Source of the DNA: Obrimoposthia wandeli
Lineage: Eukaryota
NCBI GenBank assembly: GCA_977020255.1
Contig: CDROCS010000171.1
Span: 124,001 to 188,000 of the forward strand
Direction of reading: 5' to 3'
DNA length: 64,000 bases
Each line of letters opens with the position of its first letter. Positions within the stretch are counted from its first letter, which is position 1. Below are positions 1-11,880 of the stretch, one piece after another. Position numbers and translations under genes: made by a program. The notes beneath the pieces are model-generated. The model was given only the letters and a program-made list of their open reading frames with translations, ran no database searches and had not been told where the DNA came from.

Positions 1-1299
1 CTCAATCGTTACTTCACTCGAATTGAGCAGACAGGATTTCGCCTTTCTAAGACGCCGTGTCTTCCGTACAGCAGCCTGCCTCGTTCGCTTCTGCGGGAAA
101 AGAGAAATTTTGGCCCATGTCTCCTCAGTTAATATTATTGGTTCCTGCAACAAAAAAACATTAATAAAATTTAAACATATAAATAATTTACCTCAATAAC
201 GGGCAGTTTAGCCTGTTTCACCAACTTGGCCTTCTTCCGATGGACCGTATTGGTTTTGACCCGATGACGTCGAGGTTTCTTAACTGCCGCTTGCTTCCTA
301 TCGACAGGTAGTCTCCGAGTTGCCTCCTCCCAAATTTCCTCCACCAATTCGGCTTCCTAAGTGGATAATTAAATAAATTTACTAATTTATAATAATATAC
401 CTCAATTTTAGCCGGAGTCTGTAGGTATCTCTGATCACTCCTGGGATCATCCTGGCTACATTGACTCGCCAAGTATTGCGGTTCAATTAGCCTCTCAATC
501 GTGGTCACTGACGGTACCAAATCCAGTTGCAGTTTCTGAAAATAAAATTAAAAAACATTTTAAATAAATGATTTCTAACCTCATTCGTCGCCTTTATTCT
601 CCTAACAGGACGTATCGGAGAATGTGGCCTTCTGAATGGATCAGGCCCTGTATTGTCGGGTATCGGAGTCGGAGTTGTAGAGGGAGTGAGACCATCCCAT
701 TCGTCGGTGAACAGATGCCACTCATCTTCATCCATTTCTGCAACCATGGAATCGTTGGCTCCTGGGGCTCCAATACTTGGCTGTATCCATTTCTCCTCCT
801 CCCCATCCGACGGAACGTCATCAGTAACCAACTCCTCGTCTGAGTCTGGTGCCAGTATTATCTCCGGTTGAGACAGCGGGATCAATTTCCAGGGGCATTT
901 GATTGCCGCCTCAAAATTGTCAAAGAGATTTGATCTCGTTGCTGCTACTGCTGAAGTTGCCGGACGATTGGCTTCTGTGTTAAGCCTGGGAGTACAGTCT
1001 TCCCAATTCTCTATCGAATCCTGACTAATCAGATCGATATATTGGGATCTCTGTACCCCACCTCGCACGCTCATTGGTTCTTCTCTTGGAGTTGAGCTGG
1101 CCAATGGCGGTTCTTCTCGCAACACTTCGGCTCTTGCTGCTGCTTCTCCTTCGTCTCCCTCACTCACCACTGACGAGTCTTGACTAAGTAAGTCAATGTA
1201 CTGCGCCGGTGGTGGCGTTCGCTGCTGTACTGGAGAGAGATCCCCATACAGCTGAACCTCCGTCTCTTCATCTAAATCGACGTTGTTGAAATTTGACAT
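1..1299 (-). CDS. Multi-exon Polinton gene A, copy 1 (acidic, SIM-like N-terminus; basic repeats), 3' end outside window
   Basis: ATG 1299. Predicted exons 1299-580, 535-401, 356-192, 144-<1, joined by phase-0 GT-AG introns (579-536, 400-357, 191-145). The spliced frame is open. Confidence 0.75.
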
Positions 1300-1348
1300 T
1301 CTTGATTAATGATATTTGATTTATGAAAAATAATGAAAAGAGGTTTCC

Positions 1349-1391
1349 TTATATACAAAAATAATAGACTAACCCTCTCTTGTCGTCCAAT
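1349..1391 (-). promoter_or_regulatory. TATA box plus CCAAT motif upstream of gene A
   Basis: TATATAA on minus at 1355-1349, about 50 bp upstream of the ATG. CCAAT at 1387-1391. Both are conserved in copy 2 (about 62277-62320). Confidence 0.5.
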
Positions 1392-1668
1392 GAGAGCGGG
1401 TTATTCAAATAATTTATTTGAAAATCAGTAAACTTTTCTCAATTTTTACCTATGTTTGAATGCTGGAATGTCATTGGATAAAACATATTTTCTTAAGATT
1501 TTGTTGCATAAGTTTAACATCCAATGAAAACGTATTATTCAAAGAATTTATGGTATTTTCTTAAATTTTGTTGATGTTTGAATACATGTATGTTTTTGGA
1601 TTTAAAATAGTAATATTTTTTTGGACTGTACATGTTTGGATGGTATAAAAAATTCATGAACTCATTTA

Positions 1669-1721
1669 AGGTCAAGTTAAGGTCATGACCTTATGATGTC
1701 ATCATCATGAGGTCAAGGTCA
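1669..1721. promoter_or_regulatory. Cluster of AGGTCA nuclear-receptor half-sites
   Basis: AGGTCA at 1669, 1680, 1710 and 1716; TGACCT at 1686. Contains the 16-bp palindrome TAAGGTCATGACCTTA (1678-1693) and TCAAGGTCA (1713-1721). Confidence 0.45.
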
Positions 1722-1810
1722 TTTAAAGTCATGATGACTAATTTGATGACTCACCAAATAAAAATGAAAATTATTTCGAATTTATGTACTTGATTATTTA
1801 AAATTTTTTG

Positions 1811-2015
1811 TGACCCTATATATGTATCTTTCTTATAAATTCTTATAAAGAAATTTTTTTTATGACCTTGTATATATGTATGGATATAAATTCTTATAAA
1901 GAAATTTTTTTTTATGACCTTGTATATATGTATGGATATAAATTCTTATAAAGAAATTTTTTTTTATGACCTTGTATATATGTATGGATATAAATTTTTA
2001 TAAGGAAAATTTTTT
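1811..2015. repeat. Subterminal 52-bp tandem repeat x4
   Basis: TGACC recurs at 1811, 1863, 1915 and 1967. Unit approx TGACCTTGTATATATGTATGGATATAAATTCTTATAAAGAAATTTTTTTTTA. Confidence 0.9.
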
Positions 2016-2036
2016 CGCGCCCAAAGGGCGCGAAAA
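2012..2036. promoter_or_regulatory. Perfect 11-bp hairpin made of two inverted E2F-consensus sites
   Basis: TTTTCGCGCCC-AAA-GGGCGCGAAAA. TTTCGCGC is the classical E2F consensus. Confidence 0.45.
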
Positions 2037-2216
2037 TTTTTTTTGCGAGCCTGTATTTATTACTCGTTGATCCACCGCGGGCCCGGAGGGCACGCTTCGG
2101 CCTCTCAGGACCTTAATCAAAATTTTGGGGGCATTATGAGATTTTTAAATTTAAAGGGTGTTATATGGATTTAATTATTTTTTGAGTTTTGGGAGGGGGG
2201 GGTAGAAAATTTTTCT

Positions 2217-2310
2217 ACACACCTACACGAAATTTCACTCCACACACATGCACGGTTTTAAAGGACAAGGGGGGAGGGGGTGTGGATTAGACCGGACACA
2301 TCCACCTACT
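2217..2310. repeat. Right terminal inverted repeat of Polinton copy 1
   Basis: Reverse complement matches 48133-48230. The terminal 35 nt are identical. Confidence 0.9.
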
Positions 2311-5019
2311 GCAATGAATTGCTTTGTATGCCACCGCACAATACCCAGAAATCCAAAAACTGCTAATGACTTCGTGTTAGCTAATTCATTTGAGACAATA
2401 CAAATCAGTGATCACAAAGCTGTATAAGAGCTATTGTATGATATTACAACTAGAAAATGCGACAAACTTTAATAAAGTTAAAATATTATGCATACAAAAA
2501 AGCTTCATCGTAAAGAATGTACTTTCTCTTCTTAAACACTTTATGAATTGTATTAAAAATTTATATTATAACAAATCAAAAGTCGCCAGGCAGTATACAA
2601 ATAATAAGTTTGAAAATGTTTTGTATGGATAGTTTTTGTAATTATTAAATTTTGTCACATTTTCTAGTTGTAAGACCATACTTTCTTCTAAAATGATTCA
2701 AAACCTGACGACAAATGATACTATAATGTACCCATATCATCATCAGATGCTCTAGCAAAGAAGAAATCTAAATAATCCCAGGAAATGATTCAATCCCAAA
2801 CGAAAATGTAATGTCTAATCAAAGTTTATTTCAGTGCTTGCTGTTCTATGACTTCTAGTCAGAGAAAGATTAACAATTTAGAATGATGTTTTTGTTGTTC
2901 AAAGTGGGGATCATATGACGAAAATTGATCTCGCTGTATAATCTGTGAGAACTAAGTGGATATTGTTTTCAAATAAACAGGTGTGCTAACTGTTGAAACT
3001 TATTTGTGTCAACTGTTTATTGAAAATCAAAGTTTAATATATTGTTATTTAACTTCTTTAATGTGCTTAATTATAAATATAAATGAAATAATAATAATAA
3101 TAATAACCATAACCATATCTGATTCACCCAGTCGAAATTCCCAACTTACCCTATTTAAGTACATGTCATCCTACAAATCTTTATAACCTTATCAGAAACA
3201 GTTAATGATATACGACACTAAAAAATATTCATAAAGCCATGTAAAGAAAATTATGACATTACAATCTAAATGGTAGATACAGTGATGTTTGATGTCCAAC
3301 CCGTCCCACTGTATATGTTGAAAAGCCAATTTTCTTGAACTATGGTGGATCTTTTTAATTTAAAATTATCATTTTTTATAGGTATTTCAAAGTATTTAGA
3401 TATTTTAGGTTCAACATACATTTTAAATGTATCTAGAAGAAAAAAAAAATTTGTGACGAATTCTCGTTTGTATTGGAAACCAATGTAATATTATTAAATA
3501 GGGGAAGAAATTTTCGATAAAGCAATTAACACTAAAAACCACAACATTAAAAGTCTCTGAAATTTTCAATTATCTTAACTTTAAAACTTGAATTTTGATC
3601 ATATCATCGAAAGTTCAATTTCACTATTTCAAAGCCCCGTATTTATAACTATTTTTCTTATTATAAACGCAAATAATCCTAATTAAATTAAATAATAATA
3701 CAAATAATTTGATTCCAGATATTCTATTTTATTTACATTAAAATAAATAAATATTTTGAAGTTTTTAAAGTTTTCAAAATCGAAACGTTAATATACTTTC
3801 TCCTTCTTAAAATTAAATTAATACTACCTGATTTTTCTCAAAGTACTAAGTAAACGATTCGGTGACTTATTTGATAGGGCGATAAGCTTAATCTTACACA
3901 ACGCAAGTCATGAAACTATAATTACATTTTGATTTATTTTAAAACATTATTAATTCATTGTAACTTTCTTAACAATTCCAAACAAATTTGAAAACTCATT
4001 TCAGTTAATGATTTTTTAAGACATAACATACTAAAATAGTATTTATTATAAATATTGTTAATCTTGTTAATTTGATGAATATTTTGGGTTTGTTCCAAAT
4101 TCTAAACCCAATAAAAATGGCAAAAAATAGGATCATATTTTGTTTGAAAGAAATTGTAATTAAGAATCAACTTTGATAACAGTGTGAAGTTTTTGTCAAT
4201 TTCTATTTGACTATATTTGTAGCAGCAATTGTAGAAGTGCTCTTAGAAACGCTAATAGAGATAGAGAGATAAATGGTAGTCGGCGGCGATGAACAGCAGG
4301 AAGAAAGCGTCCGTAACAAAAATCGACGGCTGCTGAGATAGACTGCGAGAAGAGCACATGGAGAGAAACCGAAGGAAAAGACAGGAATAGATATAGAGAC
4401 AAACAGGAGAAGATGGGATAGCTGATGCACGCATTTGAAACACGTTGAGTCACAGTCATCCAGGTGTTAGATTTAGTAATTGAGAAATTATTGAAAAATT
4501 AAATAATTTATACTAAAATAAAATCCTTGAAAGCAAGGTTGAAAATTAAATATTTAAAATTAAGTTAAAATATTAGAGGATAAAATCAGGGGTAAATATT
4601 AATAGGACCACGAAGGTCGTGTGTAGTGTGTCGTATATATAGGTTAAGATTATTAATACAAAAGTGCAAAAATAAGAATAAGAGTTAATTGGAAAAGGGA
4701 ACTAAGAAGAAAAAGGAAAACGTCAATCAGGAAAAATTCGCCAACGTAGGCATATTATTTTAATTAGATTTTAATTCCACTGACTTTCAAGAGCCAGGTG
4801 GAAATTGCCTCCACTCGACGACCGACTATATAAGTCGCCTCAACCAGTCAGAAGAAGAAGAAAAGTCATTGTCAGAAGAAGAAGAAAAGTCATTGTCGCA
4901 GTCATTGTCGCCGGAGACACACCAACAGCGGAAAAACTTGGGTGAGCGCTCCTAATTTGAGCCACATTAATTCGATCATTACAGAAATACAACAATCTCA
5001 TCAATCTGAAAATAGACAA

Positions 5020-5393
5020 CTCTATCTGATCCCGCGCCAGCCGATCGCACTACTCTATCTGATCCCGCGCCAGCCGATCGCACTACTCTATCTGATCCCG
5101 CGCCAGCCGATCGCACTACTCTATCTGATCCCGCGCCAGCCGATCGCACTACTCTATCTGATCCCGCGCCAGCCGATCGCACTACTCTATCTGATCCCGC
5201 GCCAGCCGATCGCACTACTCTATCTGATCCCGCGCCAGCCGATCGCACTACTCTATCTGATCCCGCGCCAGCCGATCGCACTACTCTATCCGATCCCGCG
5301 CCAGCCGATCGCACTGCTCTATCCGATCCCGCGCCAGCCGATCGCACTACTCTATCCGATCCCGCGCCAGCCGATCGCACTACTCTATCCGAT
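5020..5393. repeat. 33-bp GC-rich tandem repeat, 11.3 copies, inside the LTR
   Basis: Unit CTCTATCTGATCCCGCGCCAGCCGATCGCACTA. A T>C variant marks the last copies. Confidence 0.95.
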
Positions 5394-5562
5394 TCAGCTC
5401 AGCAATTCCCTCCGAGTTGGAATCAGTTCAAATTGTCTCACCGTTCCAGATCGGTCAATCTCCAGTTCTCAACTACAGTTTCTCAACTCAATCTCCAGCG
5501 CACTTCCAGCCATCATCTTAAACTAAAGGTATAAATACCCACAAATTTGGTGTGAATTAAAT

Positions 5563-6360
5563 TACATTTTGACTCCAAGATTTGAAAGTTGCCCTTAGTA
5601 GAAGAAATTGATTTGATATTAGAAATTGTATTTTATTTTGAGTTTACATTTGACTCCAAGATTTGGAAGTTGCCCTTAGTAAAAATAATTGATTTGATAT
5701 TAAAAAATCGTATTTTGAGTCTACATTTTGACTCCAAGATTTGAAAGTTGCCCTTAGTAGAAGAAATTGATTTGATATTAGAAATTGTATTTTATTTTGA
5801 GTTTACATTTGACTCCAAGATTTGGAAGTTGCCCTTAGTAAAAATAATTGATTTGATATTAAAAAATCGTATTTTGAGTCTACATTTTGACTCCAAGATT
5901 TGAAAGTTGCCCTTAGTAGAAGAAATTGATTTGATATTAGAAATTGTATTTTATTTTGAGTTTACATTTGACTCCAAGATTTGGAAGTTGCCCTTAGTAA
6001 AAATAATTGATTTGATATTAAAAAATTGTATTTTGAGTCTACATTTTGACTCCAAGATTTGAAAGTTGCCCTTAGTAAAAGTAATTGATTTGATATCAAA
6101 AATTGTATTTTGAGTCTACATTTTGACTCCAAGATTTGAAAATTGCCCTTAGTAAAAGTAATTGATTTGATATTAAAAATTGTATTTTATTTTGAGTTTA
6201 CATTTTGACTCCAAGATTTGAAAGTTGCCCTTAGTAAAAGTAATTGATTTGATATTGAAAATTGTATTTTATTTTGAGTTTACATTTTTGACTCCGAGAT
6301 TAGAAAGTAAAGTTGCCCTAGTAAAAGTAATTGATTCCGATATTAAAAATCAAAGAGAAT
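5563..6360. repeat. 77/82-bp AT-rich tandem array, about 10 units, with 159-bp higher-order dimer
   Basis: TACATTT(T)GACTCC starts at 5563, 5645, 5722, 5804, 5881, 5963, 6040, 6117, 6199 and 6281. Confidence 0.9.
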
Positions 6361-8859
6361 TTAGTAAAAGTTATTACATTTTGAGTTTACATTTTTGATT
6401 CCGATATTGAATTAAGAATTGAATTTTACAAAATTGTGTAAACTACTGTACAACTTATAAACTTAAATTGCCGCATTGTTAGAGTAAAGACTCTAACGTC
6501 AACCGACTCTAACACCTAAAATCGATACGTGGTTCATCCCCACTCGAGTAGAGACTTACAGAAGTCTTAGGAATTTTTACCATACTTTTTAGAAAATACG
6601 TACGTAAACGTATTGTTGTGTTTTAGTTTCGTGAGTTACCAATAAACGATTTCCTACATTAGAACACGTTGTTTTTAAACCCTTCAGATTAAGAGACGTC
6701 AAACCAAACACCTTCAGATAAGAAAGAGAAATAGGCAACCATAACACTAAGTAGGCCACGACCAACTTTAAGACCTGCTTCTATTCGAACTCACGTTGGG
6801 GCCCTCCGCACATAAGAGGATCTATACAAGTCTCGTATAGAAACCCCAACACAGGATACGACATTAGGCAGCAAGATAAGGGGACTGGTGGTGGACGACG
6901 GCAGAAAGAGAGGTAGCGCGGGGAAGAGACGAATCAGATGAACCTGGGACAGTCTGTTCTGGGGAGTTCTGGGTGAATCTCAACTTCCCAAACCTCGCTT
7001 CAATCGCAGATCCAATCCACCCTCAGTGGTCCACTCGATTTGCGACTGAATTTCCCTAATTTCTGCCGAAGCCGGCAGTAACAGTCGGCAGCCGACTCAC
7101 GAACCCATGGTAGGGCAAAATGGTCAACTATGTAGGCAGTCATGGTTTGATTTATGTTCCTTACCCGATTGTAGATATTTTGGCAATCAAAGTTCTTAAT
7201 TAAGTAAATTATTTAATTAATAAACTCAAGAATCATAAATAAATTTTAAAGAAAACTCCCTGAGGATACCACAAAACACTTTTAGAACCTCATACAATAA
7301 AAAAGCAGAAAACATGGCTCTTACTTACATATTTTCAAATATTTTCATATATTTAGAAATTATGTCATTCTGCAAGACGATTCATTTATTAATTGTGAAG
7401 TGTGGTTTACAATTTTGTATTAAAATCAATACTTAAACTACAAAATATGAATTTATTAATTCATAAATATTGTTTTTTAAATATTGATTTTCGTTCTCAT
7501 ATTATTAGTCTGTCGTAATAAATATTGATATTTTAAGAAAATTTGAATTTACAAATTCAATATCAAACAATTAACATAATAAATTAAAAAAACAAAAAAT
7601 GTTGTCTCATTTGAATAAAATAAATAGCTGAATTATACTCATTATAAGTTACATCAAGTTTAACTTAAATTCTTTAAATAATAGGCTCCATATTACATTA
7701 GTAAATACCTAGTAAAAACCCATTAAAATCTCTGTAAATAGTATTAAACATGTTTTAACATGAGTTTTAAACTGCAGCTTAGTTAGGACTCAGGATAAAT
7801 TTCCTGCAAAACTCAGTATAACACCAAAGTTCAAACCTGGGAAAAATTGCCATTAGTTTAATGCTGAGGCCCATCTGAGTCTTTAGTATCAAACCTGTCG
7901 TAGAAATGCGTTGTTACTGGTTTCGTAAATGTTCGTTTTTTATACAGTGCCAATTTAATAATGGTAAACTATTCCCCAATAGCCAGGCCTGTATTTTTCC
8001 ATGCTAGAGCATAGCTGGGTTTCTCCACTGAGTTAGTTTAAATTTATTTTCATTGTCAAATAAAAAATAATATTTTAACCTCTTTACTAATGATTTTTAA
8101 AATTTTATCGACTGTTTAATCTGCTTGTGTCAAGGCGAAAAGTCATTTTTTATTCACTACTTTATCTTCTAAAAAACACATTGAAACAGTTTTAAAGAAA
8201 CTAATAATCAACAATCAAATATTTAAAACGTTTTCATTATAAAAAATTTTAAAATGAAATTTAGACTTTTAACAGACACTCAAAGGAATTATTAATTTGC
8301 ATAAATTAGAATTTATGATTCCATTATGTCAGTTTCTCTGTGAAATAATTTAGTTAAAATAATTAGACTAAATTTGATTTTGATTAAAATTTAATCCATA
8401 TTTATAAAACTACGTATAATTATAATTACTTATTATTATTTTACAATTCATCTTACAGAAATATTAACTGAATCTAATTGATATTGAATTTGAGTTATAC
8501 CAAATTTGCGATTGTTTCAAAGTGCTAATGAAAATTACAAGACAGTAGTAGAGCAATAAAATAGGAAAATTGATTAGCTCCTGGTTTGTAGTGTAGAACA
8601 GCTGAACACTTTGAAACCGATATGGATGTGAGGAAATTATATACGTAGATTATGTGTGACGTCCCAAATTTGTCATTTGTCCATGTATGGTCTTATTTAT
8701 CTATGATATCCTGACTAAACCTCAAGCTGGAAGTAACCGAAAAAACCGCTGTTTATAACCGACAAATTCAAAATGACAAGTATTCTAATTCTTATTTTTA
8801 CTTTTTTGCATCTTCAGGTATAATTTTACACTTTACATTGTACATTAATATCTCTAGAT

Positions 8860-9900
<1,041 letters not shown>

Positions 9901-10949
9901 GACTTTTTATCTGTAGAAATGAGTACTGTTTAAAGATGGTTTCTACAAAATTTTGTAAAAATCCAAATGAAGATTTACTTACAAACTTTTAAACTCCAAA
10001 AAGTCAAGTCTGATAGTAGTTCTGTATGGTCGAACAAAGACAATGCAAATCTGTAAATTTATGTAAGTTAGAAAAATAAATTAAGTCAATAGTATGAAAA
10101 TATTTCATGACAAAAATATTTAATTTTCCAATATAATCTTCGAATAAGTTATAAAAAATGTATTTAGAAATTATATACCAACCTTGAAAATTTATGCTAT
10201 AAATGTAATACTCTGAACTGAACATTCCTTTGCGGAATCACTGGGTCCTGTGAAATCCACTTTAGAAATCACTTTCCATATCACAGATTCTTAAACATTT
10301 TTGTACTTGATCTATTTTCGTGATACGAGATTTTTGATTGACTGACAATATATAGGCATAAGCAGTTCATACAAAAATCAAATAATTTTTAATTGAATTG
10401 ATTCAAAATAATTAAATAAATACATATAGATTAAAATTAAAGTATCATATTAAATTATTAAAATATTGATTAAGTTAAGAAACTTTATCTGGTAAATTAA
10501 GAAACAAAAATTTTAAAAATGTCAGTGTATATTTAATGAAATGAATAAGATTTTACTGTCTTAAACTGTTACTCTATTCTTGGATAATTTGAAATATCAC
10601 AGGTATAATGGCTATTTTCACAATACTAAGACAGAAACGGTGATTTGATTTAATTGAAACTGTGTCGAAAACTGTGATTCCCACACGTATGTGGTAGCAA
10701 ATGGAAGAATTTTCTTAATGTTAATTCAGAGAGTAATGAAAATTCTTTCTTAACATAATTCCAAAGAGAATTCAAGTTTTTTAAGTAAATTCAAGCTTTA
10801 TAGTTCTTTACATTGAATGGGGTTCGTACTCAATCAAATTTATAAGTGTTAAATTCAGGTTAAAAATATTTATATAAGAAAAAAGAATTCAAAAGCTTCA
10901 TTTGTCATTAAGACTTTCCCTGTTTTTTTCACAAAGGCTTGGATTTTAT

Positions 10950-11880
10950 CACTCGAATTAAAAATGTTCGTTTACTCTTCCAGAAGAGACAATTTCGGTT
11001 AGTTGATTTTTTCAAAGTTATCTGTTTAATAACATAATTTAGAAAGCCAATCATCATTGCAACAAAAAATTCTGAATCATTTAAGTTTGCTTTTGCGACA
11101 AAAAAGCATAAGCTCATATTTCAACTCAATTAAGAGTATCAAAATTTAGGCAACCATGTAATTTCTATGTGCATCAAAAGTTATACATGGTTCAAACCCA
11201 TATCTTTACAGATATTTGAAAATAGGCATATATTTAACAAAGTTCATAATTCTAACTGCATCTCGTAAAACTAAGTTTAAATCCAAAAATATCTTCATGC
11301 TCACCAATACTTGGCGATGAATGATGCTATGTGCAGTAATAGCAGATTTAATTTAAAGAAAAATCCGAAGTGTCTTCCTGTCATTGCTGCTGCCCTATCT
11401 GATCATACACCAACACAATTACTTCAATGTATACTTTTTACTTTGACAAAACTAAGTTAGAAATACGTCTTAGCCTGTTGTATATCCATCTATTGGTCGA
11501 CAAAATAAAAAAGTCTTCGTGTATATTGCGGTCATAACACCATCTCACATATGTTAGTAATTGAGACGTGTTTGTAGGAAGAAACGTTTCACTTTACTAT
11601 TTTAACAAGTTGTTGAAACAGATTGTTATTTATAGCTGCGATCAAATGATATCGTTTTTTTGAACTCATCAGCATACGTTTTTCTATGTTCTGTTTCGAT
11701 AATTTGAACTACAAGTGACAAAACGAGATCTTCAGCAACATACAAGACAAACGAAACTGGAACTGTATATGTTTGAGCTGCACTAACTTCCGATAAATGC
11801 TCAAATAGAGTATGAAATAGTTTTGATGGTTCAGAAATGTTTGGTTTTGAAATCACCTTCATATTAATATGGTAAAATGT
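10950..11880 (-). pseudogene. Buster/ZBED5-like hAT transposase catalytic-core remnant
   Basis: Minus-strand fragments SQLLTYVR, HEDFLFCRP, SDRAAAMTG and HSIIHRQVL, interrupted by stops and frameshifts. Confidence 0.65.

Larger units (their letters stand above)
1..2310. mobile_element. Polinton/Maverick copy 1, right-hand end (left part outside window)
   Basis: 1-1610 is colinear and highly similar to 60922-62572 of copy 2. Ends in a TIR (2217-2310, ...CCACCTACT) that is the reverse complement of 48133-48230. AGTAG/CTACT termini fit Polinton-type ends. Confidence 0.9.
4465..6851 (+). mobile_element. Large solo LTR (2387 bp), Gypsy-like by 4-bp TSD
   Basis: TGTT...AACA termini flanked by CAGG/CAGG TSD (4461-4464, 6852-6855). 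TATA-like TATATAAG at 4827 suggests orientation. The 3' end (about 6500-6851) is homologous to 62573-62910 inverted. Confidence 0.8.

Noticed and set aside
218-520. ORFs 218..520 and 61138..61446 as standalone genes
   Set aside because: They are exon 2 of gene A read through an intron into the wrong frame of exon 3.
690-730. FTDEWDGL as an MDM2-binding FxxxWxxL motif in gene A
   Set aside because: A short motif in an acidic, aromatic region that could easily arise by chance. No supporting context.
568-871. Plus-strand and alternative-frame ORFs over gene A (also 61488-61923 and 60117-60634)
   Set aside because: Shadow ORFs of a GC-richer coding exon, with no recognisable motifs.
4942-5526. 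194-aa (+) and 133-aa (-) repeat ORFs (YLIPRQPIALL / RSAGAGSDRVV)
   Set aside because: Artefact of a stop-free 33-bp tandem repeat inside an LTR. It is open on both strands and has no ATG context.
5020-6360. Possible CRISPR array
   Set aside because: The units are contiguous with no unique spacers, there are no cas genes, and the context is eukaryotic. The same applies to the arrays at 63051-64000.
4200-7110. GC-richer flanks of the large LTR as a host gene
   Set aside because: Rejoining across the TSD gives stop-interrupted frames with no motif. Probably older TE debris.
10229-10243. Second TIR of the Buster element (reverse complement CAGTGATTCCGCAAA)
   Set aside because: Weak match, and the following 8 bp (GGTCCTGT) do not match the CTCTAGAT flank.
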